DNA of 64,000 nucleotides from Lama glama (GCA_028534125.1 CM052817.1:91762001-91826000); one strand, 5' to 3'; positions 34,071-47,720 are shown, counted from the stretch's first letter. Numbers and translations are program-made. Notes: generated by a model not told the origin, from the letters alone.

Positions 34071-34731
34071 AGTATTCATTAGCATTTCTAGTTCTCCTGT
34101 TTTGTTGGTTTTGCAAGCCCACTCTGCTTAGTAGTTTTGCTTTTGTGGCCGCCCTTGCTTAATAAATTTTGATGAGTAACAGTGTTTGCCAAACAGTAAC
34201 AGCCCCCAAAGAAATACTCAAAGTACAGAAAGTCACAGAAATATTCAGCATCAGAAACCACAAAGTGACAGGCAAAGGAGACAGTTGAGAGATTGGTTTC
34301 CTTGATGGGATCTCTGCATCTCTTAGAAGAGAGTGCAAGTGTCAGGCAAGTGCCCCTTGCTAGACTGATGGCCAAAAAGTGTGCCCCAAAAGTGACCTCT
34401 GGATAAAAGGCAGGTGGAACACTGGTGGGAACAGATGGGCATCTGTAGACCCCACTGACTCTATCAACCTGAAGGGAGTTTAATCTGGGAGGGTGAGGGC
34501 AGGCACAATTCCACAGCTTCCATAAAGAGGGCAGGAGTGGGGGATGCACATTTGGTGGTCCGAGGACAAAATCCAGGCTTCTCATATTCCTCTGGCTTCT
34601 CTGCATGTAGTGTCTTCCTGGCCCAGGACTGGCTGATCTTGGTTATAGGGGTGTTTGATGTATACTGCTACTTCTGACAATTAACTTTCTCTGAGAATCC
34701 AAGGACTTAACCAGGAACAACAATTTAATTT

Positions 34732-34869
34732 TTTTCCTTTTTTTTGGAGAGGGATAAGAAATTAGGTTTATTTATTTATTATTAATTTTTAATGGAGGTA
34801 CTGGGGATTAAACCCAGGACCTCATGCATGCTAAGCACATGCTCTACCACTGAGCTATACCCTCCCTCT
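34732..34869 (-). mobile_element. tRNA-Ala-derived camelid SINE (Vic-1-like), long-tail form
   Basis: Antisense: aattaggtttatttattt...tggaggtactggggattaaacccaggacctcatgcatgctaagcacatgctctaccactgagctataccctcc. TSD AACAACAATTT at 34716-34726 and 34870-34880. Confidence 0.9.
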
Positions 34870-35205
34870 AACAACAATTTTATTTTATTTTACTTTTAAG
34901 GGTCTGGTAAAAAGGTCAGTGCAAGAACTTTAACTACAGAGGGGAAATTTCTCCTACCATGGGCCTCCTATTCAGCCTGGAAAGAACTGAACATTCTCCT
35001 TTTTCAAGTCTCAAAAGGATACGTTCCTTAAAGAAAATCCTGGCATCTCTCCTCCCCCGGCTGACTAAGGCCCAAGGCAAAGTTAGAGAAGAGTCTAGAT
35101 TCTGTGAGAACAGGTACGGCACTGCTCTGAGTTGGCTGCTGTGGGGCCATCTGTTTAACCAAGTCCAAGTCCAGGGCTAAGAGGCCACAGAAGTAAAACA
35201 TAGCA

Positions 35206-35262
35206 GGGGAGGGGCTTCAAGATGGCAGAATAGGAGGACGTGGAGCTCACCCTCTTCCACAA
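35206..35262 (+). mobile_element. Isolated L1 5'-terminal fragment
   Basis: ggggaggggcttcaagatggcagaataggaggacgtggagctcaccctcttccacaaata resembles the first ~60 nt of laurasiatherian L1 5' UTRs, including the YY1 motif CAAGATGGC. Confidence 0.65.
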
Positions 35263-38200
35263 ATAAAACATACCTGGTGTAGGTCCCTATACCTGGGCTT
35301 CTGGTCGGATTTGAATCAAGAGAGAAAATGAAGCTTAGGTGTTCAAAGCTCAGGGGAAGGTGGAATGACTTCAACTACCCAAGTGAACAAAACTACTGAA
35401 TTAATCTAATTGAAAAAACCTGTTCAGCATTCGATTAAAAAAATCATGTTGATGCTGCCTGTGCTGATGTGGCTGAGTGCTGGATTGGGAAGCCATTTTA
35501 GCCTCAGGGTGCTCGCTGGATTGCATCTTGCAGCTCAACAGGAAATATCTGGAGTCACAGCTAAGGATATCGTGACATGTTCAGAAATTTACGAGCAGTT
35601 TAACAGTGGTGCGATGGCGGTCAGAGGGCTGAAGGGCTCCCTTTCAAACGAGACAGGCCGCTGAATTAAACACCTGAATATACCAAGTTCATGGCAGGCA
35701 GCGTGCACCTGACAGGCTAAAAATAGCCAAAGTGGAAGCACTTCTGTTGCTAAAATCACATGGAACTGATATATCCCTTTTCTAAACCAACAAAGAAATG
35801 GGCGAGGTGGGGGGAGTGGATGGGCTCTGAGGTTCCAAAAAGAGGGTGAGAAACCATGCCAAAGGGAAGGAAGTAATTTCCTACCTTTGCCACTTTTCAA
35901 AAATAAACAGCTTCCCTAAGCGGAGTAAATGGAAACGGGAGTGATCAATGTATTATTTTTTAATAACATGAGACAGAAATGGTAGCACCAAAAAAGACAC
36001 TGCACATCCGGATCCGTAGTCCTGCTGACCAGCAATCCTGCTGACAAGCAAGCTTTTTCCATCTTGGTCAGAAACCATTTATTTTTAAACATCATTTTGC
36101 CAGACTCCCTTATCAGCAAGCCCACGCCCCGCTCACTAATGCCTGGCTGGAAAAGTGCCTACTGACTTGTGTCACACGCCTGGCAAGGCTGCTGGCTTGA
36201 GTATGGACAAAGGTGAGTGTGTGGGGCTGCCGGACAGAGCAGGCCACTGCCCCTTCTAGAATGGCCAGGGGATCCAAGCACAAGTTCACTTTCATTCCTT
36301 CATGAACTTCATTCCTAGGACATGCTCATCTTCTAAGTCTCAGTTTTCCTAGAATGGAGCTAATTAAGATCACCCCGATGATCTTGTAGGGCTGTCATAG
36401 AGACGGAATGAGCTAATGCAGGCGAGAGCATTTTGTGGATCTGGAAAGCCTGACGGAAGATGTCGTGGCTGCTGTGAGTGGGCATCCTACTGGACAGGCA
36501 GGGAAGGAACAGCAACATCTCAGGTACTAGGAAGTGCTGTGCACACCGACTGCTAGTCTGTGTTCTCCTGAGGGGTGGCGCCATCTCTCACAGCTTAAAA
36601 GCAGTGTCCACATTCCCGTCCAGAGCAGCACAGGCTACTGGAAAACTTCTGCCTGCTTTCAACCTCAACTTGGTTCACTGTCACAATCACTGGCTCTGCT
36701 CTTGTTTCAGTAGCTGCTCCTTTTCTGGGCAGCTCACAAAGCAGGGTTTGGCCCGGAGTCTTTGGGAAGCAGGGACCGAGGCAGTGGTGGGCCCAGCCTT
36801 GAGGTGAATGGTAGCTAGGCTAGCATCAGTGCCTCCCCCGGGACTGGTCCCCCAGGCTGAGGAGCTCCAGCTGGGAAGACGAGAGATGCTCATCTCTTCA
36901 GCAGCCCCACTAACAGCTGCTGTTTGGCCATCATTTAACCGAGGTGATTATAAAATACACACGTGTGTTGTCTGAATCCAGGAGGGAATATGAAAAAGTG
37001 AATTAATTGTGTTAGGAGGGTGGGACTATGAATGCTTCCCTTGTCTCTTTTCCACACTGTCTAAATGTTGTTAAATAGTCTTTACAGTAAAGAAGGAAAG
37101 GAACTGTAATTGGAGTTTTAACATTTTATAAAATGGCACCCGGCTACCCTGATTTTGTCTTTACTGGGCTTGAAAGTGCAAACTTAAAGAAATGCCACAT
37201 AGGCTAAAGTATTTCAATGTAATAATTATATTTTCAGCACTGAAAAAATTTTAAGGGTGGCCTCCTTCATTTCAAGGTATTACTACTACTATTATTATTA
37301 TTTTGGAGTATGCAGTAAATGGCCAAAGGAGTGAGATATTAAAAAACTGAGTATCATATCAGACTTTTTATTTGGAAAACGTTTTCCATCTGTAATCTTT
37401 TCAATTAATAAAGAATGAAGTATTTATTGAGCACCTACTATGTGCAGAACATTGGGCAAGTCTGTGCATTCCCTCTTAGTTCAACTTTCCCCCTATTCTC
37501 CTTCCGCAAAGGAATCATCACTGGTTGTTTTGTCAGGTACTTAGCAGTCACCCTGCTTCATGCACGATTTTTTAAAAGCTGCACCTGTCAAGATGGTGGA
37601 AGTGAGGGGAACTCTAATAACTTGGAGTTCTTCCAATCAACAACCATAAACCACTGCACCTAGGGGAAGACTTAGGAGTTTTTCAGAGGTACAACTATGC
37701 AGATCCTCTGATTTTAATCCAGACAATTCCAAGCTTCCATTTCCTCGAGCTTGATTTCAGAAATCATTGACTCTATTTGACAAGGAGGTAAGTGGAGAGG
37801 AGGTGCACCTGGTCCCCAGCTTCAGTGCACCCAGCAGATGAGGATCGGAACGGAGGAAAGAACCAAGTTTCCTGTTGCATTCTTCCCTTGAACCCCGGCT
37901 CTATTGCCGCAGTTGTGGACAACTGGGGAGCCTCAGGAGACTTTACGTGTGAGGCTGAGCTACCTACTCCCTCTCCATGTTTCGGAATATACACATGAAA
38001 CACTGGAGGTTATGTCATACGTTCCTCCCTAGCTCACAAACATGGCTTGTGGGCACATACCAGGTGTACACATCATCATCATCGCTCACTTCATTATCAT
38101 ACCAGTTTGGTCGCTTGCAGAAATCACTTGCACAAAGAAATCTCTTTGCCTCCCAAAGAAACACACACACACACAATAAAACATCAGCGCCACAACAACT

Positions 38201-40856
38201 TTCCGGTTGGTACCAGTGATCTATTCTAACCTAAAAGCTCCACTCTGGGTCAGGGCCACCATCCGTCCATTTAGCTCAGCACTGAATCTCTTTTGGTGAC
38301 ACCAAGGGACACATTGAGGAACATGTTAGAAAAGGTGGCTGTTTATGTTGATGTCAAGCTCAGATGGTTAGGACCACACACCAAACCATGGAGCTTTCTC
38401 TAACACCCCTTATCACAGACCTATCAGCCACGAAATTGGTGTAAGCTGTTTTAAAAGCTATTTATAATTCTGGATTTACCACATCTTCAGTTAATGAAAT
38501 TCTATAAGCTTATGAAACCAGCTATGTAAATCAGTGGTGCTTTTTTTTTTTTTTTTGAATTTGCCTCTTTCAAACTTTAGGCTGGTCTTCCTGATTTTGT
38601 CTCAACACATCAGGATTTGGTGAAAATTTTTGTGTTGGCACAGATCACACCCTGGGTAATTAAAAAAGAAATTGATTACATACAGCTTCTCTCAGAATCT
38701 CTATATTCAGACAGAAGAATCTAAACTTAAAAATTCATTCTCACATAGTGTTTTCTAAACTAAAGGTTCTGAACTTTGGTCTGGGTACCACGAATTAGCC
38801 ATGGCTGGGCACTAAATTGCAAGCAAAGTTGTGTGTGCCTGCCTGCAGCTCTCTCTCAGATTCTCAAAGGCACCTATGACTCCAAAAAAGTTATCAAACA
38901 CCACTTTGATGGCTGATCAGATGGCCCTTTCTAGAAACTTCCTTAGTTCTGGCTAGTTATTTCTTGAGATACAATGGCTAGAATGGTATATAATATTCTA
39001 GATGAGAACTGTCAAAACGTCAAACAAGAGTATTTTGTTACATGCCTCTCTCACACTGAGAGGGGCTCTGAGGTCCCTAAGTCCTGATGTAGCAGCAGGT
39101 GAGATTAAGTCAAATCACACTCTCCTGAAGACACGTCTCAGGGACATGGAACACACAAAAAGCTGCTTTTGTTGTGTGCTCTCTTGTCAGGTTGTGCTCT
39201 AATCCAGGGGTGAAGACCATCTGCACAACAGTGACACTCTCTGGTTTACTGCAATGAGACTTTTCTAGGAAAACCATTTTGAATGGTGTTACCTTACAAG
39301 AGGCTGCAAGACTTAATAGTATAATCACCAGGAAGTTATATGTGCATATGATGTTTATCAACCAGTAATACAATCTGAGTGATTCTGAAGAACTCCCATG
39401 TCCAGGCTGCTTTTCTCAGACAGAAAGATTCGGAGCCATCCTGAGAAATATTCTTATTACCTCTGAATATGAATAAAATAAATAACGGTACTGGAAAAAA
39501 TTTTGAATCCTCCTGGCTTGAATGGGCTTAGGGTGGAAGCTCTTAAGTTTTAGCAGTTACTTCCAAGGGCAAGGAAGGAAAAGAGAGTCCTCACTTTAGT
39601 ACTTAACTTACTAAGGACTATCTCTTTGTGTCCTTTGTAACCAGCCACTCCCAGGCTCCTAAGAGAGCTGTTAGATAGGGCGGAGAAAGAGAGTTGGCCA
39701 TAGTTGGGGTGAAGCAGGACAGAATAGGATCCTGATGTCAGAGGGTGAGGCAGGCACTTGATTAGAAAGTTGCTCTTTGTTCCTAAAAATAAAATGTCTG
39801 ATCCTCCCTTTTTGGATTCTTCCCTGGAATGAAGCCAGCCAACTGCTGGCCTCTTTTTATGATCAGCTCAATAGCCCTCAGCCCAAAGATGAACCCCGAA
39901 GATCCTCCAGATCTTCTGGTCCCTGGTAAGATGCTACGCAAAAAAGTAAATGACGTAGGAGTAAGGTTCTCTTGAAAGGACACGGCTGCGGTGTAGATTT
40001 GTAAAGCAAAATGGGCTCAACAGAAAGGGTGGGTGGGTAGGACTAGGGAGAGAAAACCAGGTCAGAAAGGCTGCCTAGAGGTGGTGAAAGGACTAATGGC
40101 TTTAGAAAATTTTCCAGGAGGACTAGGTGGCAAGGATGCCTCATAGAAAGACCTCCCATGAAGGAGCCATACCACACCTTCCTTCTAGAGAGTTCTCCAT
40201 TCATGAAGTCTTCACCCAAAGTTACAGCTTTGGGTAATAAAATGACAGTGATGTATTATGCTGCATAGACAACAAACAGAAGGGCCATAACCCCTTTCCT
40301 TTGAAGAGGCTCTATTTGGGGAAGGTTTTGGGCAGCCATTGTATAGACAGACTCCATGCTGTGATGAGCCCAAGAACGGAAGCTGTTTTTTAGAGCTCAT
40401 CTAAGATTGAGCCTCATGTGCTGGGCTGATAGTCTTCTGTATAAAGAGCTTTCACAACACAAAGGGATCCTTTTTGCAGGGTCCTTCCTAACTATCCCAT
40501 TGTGCGGCCACTTTAAGACTAAATGCATTAAAAAAAAAAAGTCAGGTAGTGAAGAAGACCTTCCTTTCCCTGAAAGAAGAAAAAGAGTCTGTGAGCATTA
40601 GCACTAATGCTCCAATACGTTTGGCCCATCAGCAAACACTGGGAAGAAGATTCACTCAAACCTGAATTATTATTTCCTGTATAAGTAGTTGGGACCATAG
40701 GATATAAAATAATGAGCAAAATCACCAGTTAATCTACATACTATGCCTCAAGAGTTTAGCCTTTGGAAATAATTTTCTGGTTGAGAAAATAGAAGGTATA
40801 AAAGATTTCTCAGGGAATCCTTAGTTTATCAGAGTGCAAATTTCCCAGCCTAGGCC

Positions 40857-41037
40857 AGAGTTTCTTCATTAGGTGGTCCAGAGAGACCACTTGTAGCAGA
40901 ATCAGCTACAGGTATTTGAAGATGCAGATTCCAGGGGCCCATCATAGACTTGGATCTCAGGAGTGGGGCCTGAGAATCTTCATTTTGAACAAGCTCACCT
41001 GGTGATTCTTTTGCACATTAATGTTTAGGAATCGCTG
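40857..41037. mobile_element. MER5-family hAT-Charlie MITE
   Basis: agaatca...gatgcagattccaggggccc...ggagtggggcctgagaatct...ttttgaacaagctcacctggtgattct...gtttaggaatcgctg. Confidence 0.75.
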
Positions 41038-44000
41038 CTATGTCTTTAACCTCCCCCTATTCTTTAAAGTAAACAAACAAAAAAGGGTATTACAGTTCTT
41101 CAGGTATAGTTCTTGTTCACCCGGTTCACAGACATTTTAAAGAAGTTATCTTAACATTACTGGCCCTCCATTAACTTTTACATGTATTATAGCAAGACTT
41201 AAAGAATGAGCTGTCCAAAAATGGAATGGGTTCGTGAACTTTCCGTCAGTGGACATGGTTAGTGGAATACTTAGCAAGGATACTGTACAAAGGTGTCAGG
41301 TATCAGTAGAGGGTCCCAAACCTGAACTAATATATTACATTTCCTCCAGCTGTGGTCCTATGATAATATTATAACAACATCAGCTTTAATATATCAAGTA
41401 CTACATTTTATAAAGCCTGAGCATACACTCAAATTTTACTGGTAGCTTGTAAAAGCAGAAAGAAAACCGGTCTATAAATCTGAAGTCCAGAAGCTGAGAA
41501 CAGAACCAACAATGAACTTGGGGATTCTTAGCTTTAATTCTAGCTCCGAAACTTAGTGGCTGAGCATGTGCTCCTGATGACGAACAAATAAAGGGCAGAG
41601 TCCGTCATCTTCACAATGGTCTCCACATTCCAATCATCCCGATATCTGATGGCACTGAAATGACTGCTGAGCCATCTCACCCTTCAGCTTGGCGCTCATC
41701 GGATCATAGACCTTACATCCCGCCCAAGGCTTTTAGGTTCTTCAACCCTAAAGAAGGATATCACTAAAGGATTAGGAAATCACAATTCTCAAGAGGATAA
41801 ATGCCCACCCGTGCTGGTTGGTGCAGCTGTTTTCCACCGCCCTAGAGTTACTCTTCACTGTCAAGAATGTGTGTGTGCATGGATCATTGCTACTCCAGGA
41901 AAAGAACGCCAGCAGAAATGGTGGTGAGGGTGAGGTTGCAGCTTACCAAAAGGCTCAGTGTTAATGGGAATGGAAGATGGGCTTGTGCCAAAAATAAAAA
42001 GGAGGTCTTGAAATTCCCCAATTAATTATACCAACAATTCAGAGTAGGTGCAGAGTGAATTTGTGGAGCCTGAATTATCTGGTAAAATCATGTACAAGTA
42101 TCCAATTGATAAAGTGATTGCCAAACTGCTGCACTTCTGTTCATGGGGTATGGATCGTACACAAGCACTGTGGCAGATCTGGACCTCAGGCTTCAAAAGG
42201 GCACTTTGAGACAATGGCTGAGAATAGAGATAGTCGGATGAGAAATTACAACAGGACCATTGTGAACTCACATATAGGGATTGTTCCTAATTGAGCACTT
42301 TACGTCTGAAACAGTTTTCAAGTTTTGGAATCTAAAACAAATGGAATCTAAAACCACACCTGGTTGTCCTAGCACTGTGGTTGGCACACAGCAGAAGTTC
42401 AATCCATAGTTGTCAAAAGGATGAAAGAATGAGTGAATGAAGGAATAAATGAGTGAATGAATACAGAGACAAGAGTAGATTCCGAAAGTAATAGGGTTCA
42501 CTCTTGTAGCCCACTTCTAAGAATGACAGCATTTTAGAAGGTCCCAGTATCTCAGATTCAGAGATCACTGAGTATAATTTTGTGAGGTATGAGCAGGATT
42601 TAAGTTTTCTTTTACTCCATTAATGATCAAGACAGAAAGACTCCTTAGAAGGGAAAAAAAGACAAGGGAGGGGAGGAGGGCAGGAGGAAAGTCATGTTTA
42701 AGAGCTAATTGAAGATTTATACTAGTAGTTTTAAAATCTTAGATATGAATTATCTAAACCAGGGTAACTGAATTCAGTGCAAATGGTGGCTGTAGGATGG
42801 CTTGAGCTGTTTCGTGATATTTTATTGAATCTTCACACTGCAAAATTGGTGGAAATTAAGCTGTTTGTAACTTAACTTTGGAGGAAAGAGAAATAAATGT
42901 GCGTGTAGAAGTTAATCAGGTCGATGACCTGTCTTTGGGTGCAATTTGATAGCTCCACCTGGGATATGAGCCAGACTCTCTTTAGGGGAGGACCGACTTT
43001 TAGAATAGCAGCCATCTCCAAATCCATAATGGTGAATTACACGGGTCTGAGAATAAGAGGAAAAGTCACCATGACTAGAATGAAAGGATAATGCAGGGGG
43101 ACTCGGGCTTCTCAGGGCTGCATGGTATATGATGCTCTGGGTTTTTATACTGCTCCTTCCTCAGCCCTGAGAACTCTTAATCCTATTTTCATTGCCCTAG
43201 GTAAACTGGGAAATATTTTCTCCTCCTAGACTGCAGTTACTCACACAATAAACAGGTAATAAACATTTTACTGCCCTAAGCAACCTTCTGCTAGGCGGGC
43301 AGCCAGAAGAGAAAAGTCAGTGCATAGACTAACCCCCTACAGGAGAAACTGCAGGGGACAACGGATGTGAGTAACCTTTTTAACAGTGCACACACCCTCT
43401 CTGGGCTCCCGGAGAGGGACTGGGAGCTGCTGGGGTGCATTAGCCAGGCCCTCGTGGTCTGGATTCCTCTCTGCTTCAAGCTAGTAGGGAAGATTTGATT
43501 TCACCGAAAGGTAATTTAGTTGCCATTTCAAAGCTCTGTCTAGCTAAATGAAGGGTGAGGAATGAAACTGGAGTGTACAATCTCCCAGGTTAAACCATGG
43601 GCTGTGAGCCTGGAAAGCCAAAGAAGGGACAGTTAGCAGCAGACTGAAATGTTTCTGGGGTGAGACCGATTCTGTTCAATTTCTGTTTGATTTCCGGTTT
43701 GCATTTTATTTGTCAACCCATCCTGGTTTCACTGTGACTGTTTACATCCTCCCCAGATATCAAATCAAATAGTTGTTTTCATCTGTTGACTACGTGAAAG
43801 GCATGGTGGACATCCTTTGACATCCTGTTTTTCCACTGTCCTTGGGGTTCCCTCCAAAGCCCGTTACCTTCAGCTTAGTTTAAAGTATTTTATGGTTTCA
43901 GCTGTTTAGGAAATATTTCAGTTCTTTCATGCTGAAGGTACAGCTTGCAGCCGTTAGAAGTCTCTGCACCTTCCCCCATCTCAGGGAAACAAGGGCAGAG

Positions 44001-44899
44001 CCGAACAGAGTATGAGAAGCCCTGCTTCTACCTCTGCCATTTAACTTATTTATGGGGGATGAAAATCTTACATAAATACTTTCCCCCAAATAGCTTGCCA
44101 AATGTGAATGCATTAACCCAAGGCAAATAAATGATAAATGCATAAACAATTTTCCAATTCATCTAGGTTGAAAAAAATGATTATTTTGTAAATCAACAGT
44201 TTTTTGATATCAATTGCAGTTAATTTATGGTATTTTGCTCTAATTTTATTTTGGAATATTCATTTCTGCTGTGTTTTGTGGCAGAAGTGTTGCGATCGTC
44301 TAGCAAGAACTAAACAGGCTGACATGTCTACAGAGATATATCTGAGATCTGATCACATCCAAAGTGGCCACTGTCTTGATACAAGACCTTAGAAAACCCA
44401 CCCACCCCCTCTACTTTTGTTTCTCTTTTGAACCTTTCTTGAGAGGGTCAAGGAAGTGACTGTTAGAGAGCACTTTGAAGATGCACACTGATGGATAAGG
44501 GGAAAATAATGAAGCTACTGGCCGCTGTCGGAAAAAGCTCAGGGCTGCAGCAGGGCTACCGGCCATTCTGGCGGAGGTTTGCAAGTCGAGTTTTTCCCTG
44601 AACTGTCTTCGGACGACTCCTACAAAAGCAGGATGGAAATGCCCAAAGCGGACATTTGCAAAGTGGAGCACTTAAACCCCCAAACAAAAGGCACAAACCC
44701 CGGATAGCAGAACACAAGTATAGACAGAAGGAAAGGGGCAGAGATCACTGGTGGATCCAAGTCAAGGGGTTCAGGAAGAAAGGGACACTCTCCTGGGGTG
44801 GCTAAAAAATGACTTACGAAGGGCAGGAAACAATCCTTCTGTTTTATCAGTGTTAGACTGATATTCTGTGTCCTACTTTGGTTCTGGCATTTACAAAAT

Positions 44900-45160
44900 G
44901 ACACGGAGAACACTGGTGAGGACCCAGAGGCCAGCAACAGCCATGATTAAAGAGATAGAAAAAGGGCTCTTGAATTGAGATGAAAGGAATTGGGTTTATC
45001 CTGGAGAAAAAAAGGTTAAGGGGTGACAGTGACATACTCAAGTACAGGAAGGGTTTTGGAGGTGCACTGACCAGCTTCTCCATGTGCAGGGAGGCTGATG
45101 AGAAATAACAAGAGGCTTAAATAGAAAGCTGGAGCACGTTCAGTTGACTAGAAGGAAAAA
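44900..45160 (+). mobile_element. L3/CR1 remnant
   Basis: aaaggaattgggtttatcctggagaaaaaaaggttaaggggtgac corresponds to the CR1 LKELGLFSLEKRRLRGD block. Confidence 0.65.
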
Positions 45161-45204
45161 CATAGGGAAAGGCAGGATAATAAAAACTATTCATGGGCTA
45201 CTAT

Positions 45205-46000
45205 GGATCTTGGACTTCCCATGTCCAGAACACAATTTCTGGTTCTTTTTACCCTGACTCCTGCCACTCATAAAGTCTTTTCTATTTCAGTAAACAATGC
45301 TAACGTTGACCCTATTGGCCAAAGAAAAAGATCTAGGAATCATTCACATTTTCTTCCTTTCCCTACCCACCCCAATCCAGTGCTTCAGCTGCTCTGTTCT
45401 GGTCAGCTCTACCTCAAGAACAAAGTCTGAATTTGGCTACTCCTCAGTCTCCACCACCACCTTCCCCATCCAAGCCATTGGCATTGCCTGCTTGGACCTG
45501 AACCAAGAGAATCCCTGTATCCTCCTTCAATCCACTCTTCATAGGGCTGCTTTTTAGAGCGTAAGTCAGATCACACTGCTCTGCTGCTCAACACCATCCG
45601 AAGCCTTCCTATCATGCTTAGCATAAAACTCATGCTCTTTCCCATGGCCTTCGAGGCCCTGTATCACCTGGCTTCTGCCTACTGCCAGGTCCTCATTGCG
45701 TCCATCCCTCTCTCCCCACTGCTCACTTTAGCCACATTGACTTCCTTGATGTTCCTGAACAAGCCAGCTTTGTTCCATCTTTGCACCCTTTGCTTTCTCA
45801 GTGGGAAACACTCCTGTCTGACCTCTTCACTTGGCTGGCCCCTTTTTGTCCATCGGGTCTTAGATCAAGTGTCAACTCCACTGGCCTTCTCCAGGCACTA
45901 GACAGGTACAGTCTGAGACTGGGGACTTTATCTTGTTCCCAGTGGTGTCCTCAAGCCACAAACAGGTACCTGATGCATTGGGCTGTGTACCTTTGAATTG
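45205..46000 (+). mobile_element. L2 3' region
   Basis: catgtccagaac...atctaggaatcatt...gtaagtcagatcac...ataaaactcatgctc...catggccttcgaggccctgtatcacctggc; typical L2a-like 3' region. Confidence 0.75.
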
Positions 46001-47437
46001 TGCATGTGTGTGACGGGGGGTGGCTAGCCTACTCCACTGGTGTCTTAGAGAAGAGTAAAACCAAGTGGGGCACCATCCTTACTATAGTCAGGGAATTTTA
46101 GGAATTTCCCTGAGTAAAAGAAAAAGCATAGAGGGCTGACCTTTGATCTTGGAGGACAGTCACAGTAGAAGGAGAGAAGAATGGGGATGTAAGACCTACT
46201 ACCCTACTCTAAAACCATTGAGCTGGATCACCTCTTAGGATGAACTGAAGTGTCTATTTTCTTTCTTTTTCCTAGGGAGTCACGAGAGGCAGAGCTGCTC
46301 CCTTGCTCGTCCTGAAAGCTAATTCCTAGCTCTGCCTCTGTAACATTTACAAGGCTCTGATGGTTTCAGGTTCCCATAGGAAATGCTGTGAGTCATCCTA
46401 AACCTACCGTCACATTGCTTTCTTTGAATCAGAATTGGACTAAGGAGGGGTGGGGAGGACCACTGCAAGACATGACTGTAAGATTCCTGAAGGTACTGCA
46501 CACAATGACCTTCCATCGCCCCAGCCAGTTAGCCAAGGCTTTAAGATCAGGGTCAATAGCTTCTACTTTATTTTTGCCCTTAATTTCCCCAAAGAGCTGA
46601 GGGCAGTCTTAGACTGGGGACTCTATAAATGTTAGTGATTGATTGACTCACAGACCTCAGAGAATGCAGACTCTAGTAGGTTTTTAGTAGGCTCTGTTGC
46701 CCTTCACTTCAAAATCCCAAGTGTTATCTGTCATCAGGCGGCTGACTGTAACTGAAGAAAGCTGAAATAAATTTACAAATTTAATTTTAAAAAGAATTTC
46801 TGACCTCCTCCCCCTAAAAAACTCGCCACAAGTTTAAATGTGTTTATTAAGGCGTATCGCCCTGATTGTTTCTATTTAACAGTGTTTCTAAAATGTTTGA
46901 GAAAGGCCAGGAAAATCTCCTCAAATTTAGAAATACAAGTTAATGTCTGCTGTCCATTTCAAGAAGTATTTCTGGGCTCTATCGGTACCCTGGGATTTGC
47001 CAGTGATACAGATGACCATAGGATATGATGACAGGCTGGAGCAGGGGCTGGATTCTTTATAAATCAATAACTGGAGGAGGGGGGAGGGACTGTCCGCTTT
47101 GGTGATTTCATTTTCAGCCACAGCTGGCCAGATTGCTTATTGGAAAATAAAAGTCATGGCAAATTGAGCTTGACAATAACCAGGCTTGACTACATAGGCC
47201 CCCTCTCCACTCTCTGCAATTAGAATGAGTGGAGGAGGGGAGGCCGACAGGGGAAGGCTTCTCCCCTGCTCTGTCACAGATCAGTCTTAGTTTATTTTGC
47301 AGGGCACAAGTCATATGTTGCCCGTGTAAGTGCTGTCCTCTGTCAGCTCGTGCACTCTGCTGTTCTTGTGCCTCCAGGCGGCCGAGGTGCTGTTTCTGAC
47401 TCCCAGGCTCCTGAAGAAGCGCATGAAAATTGGGAGC

Positions 47438-47720
47438 CATGCTGTCCAATGCAGTGCTACTATTTACATTTTTTTTTCTTTAACACAGGTACTGGGGATT
47501 GAACCCAGAACCCCGTGCACGCCAAGCACATGCTCTACCACTGAGCTACACCCCCCATCCCCTACTACTGACATTTAAATTAAAAATTCAGTTCCTCAGT
47601 CTTCAGTGCACTAGTCACTTTTTGAGTGCTCATAACCACCTGTGGCTAGTGCCTATTGCGTGGGACCATGCAGATAAAGAACATCTTTCACATCCCAGGA
47701 AATTGTATCAGATGGCCCTG
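47438..47720 (-). mobile_element. MER3-like hAT-Charlie MITE interrupted by a SINE
   Basis: gctgtccaatgcagtgc...atttaaattaaaattcagttcctcagtc...gcactagtcac...cacctgtggctagtg...gcagataaagaacat matches reverse-complement MER3. Confidence 0.8.
47472..47561 (-). mobile_element. tRNA-Ala-derived camelid SINE (Vic-1-like), short form
   Basis: ggtactggggattgaacccagaaccccgtgcacgccaagcacatgctctaccactgagctacacccc. Imperfect TSD ctactatttacattt (47457-47471) / ctactactgacattt (47562-47576). Confidence 0.88.
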
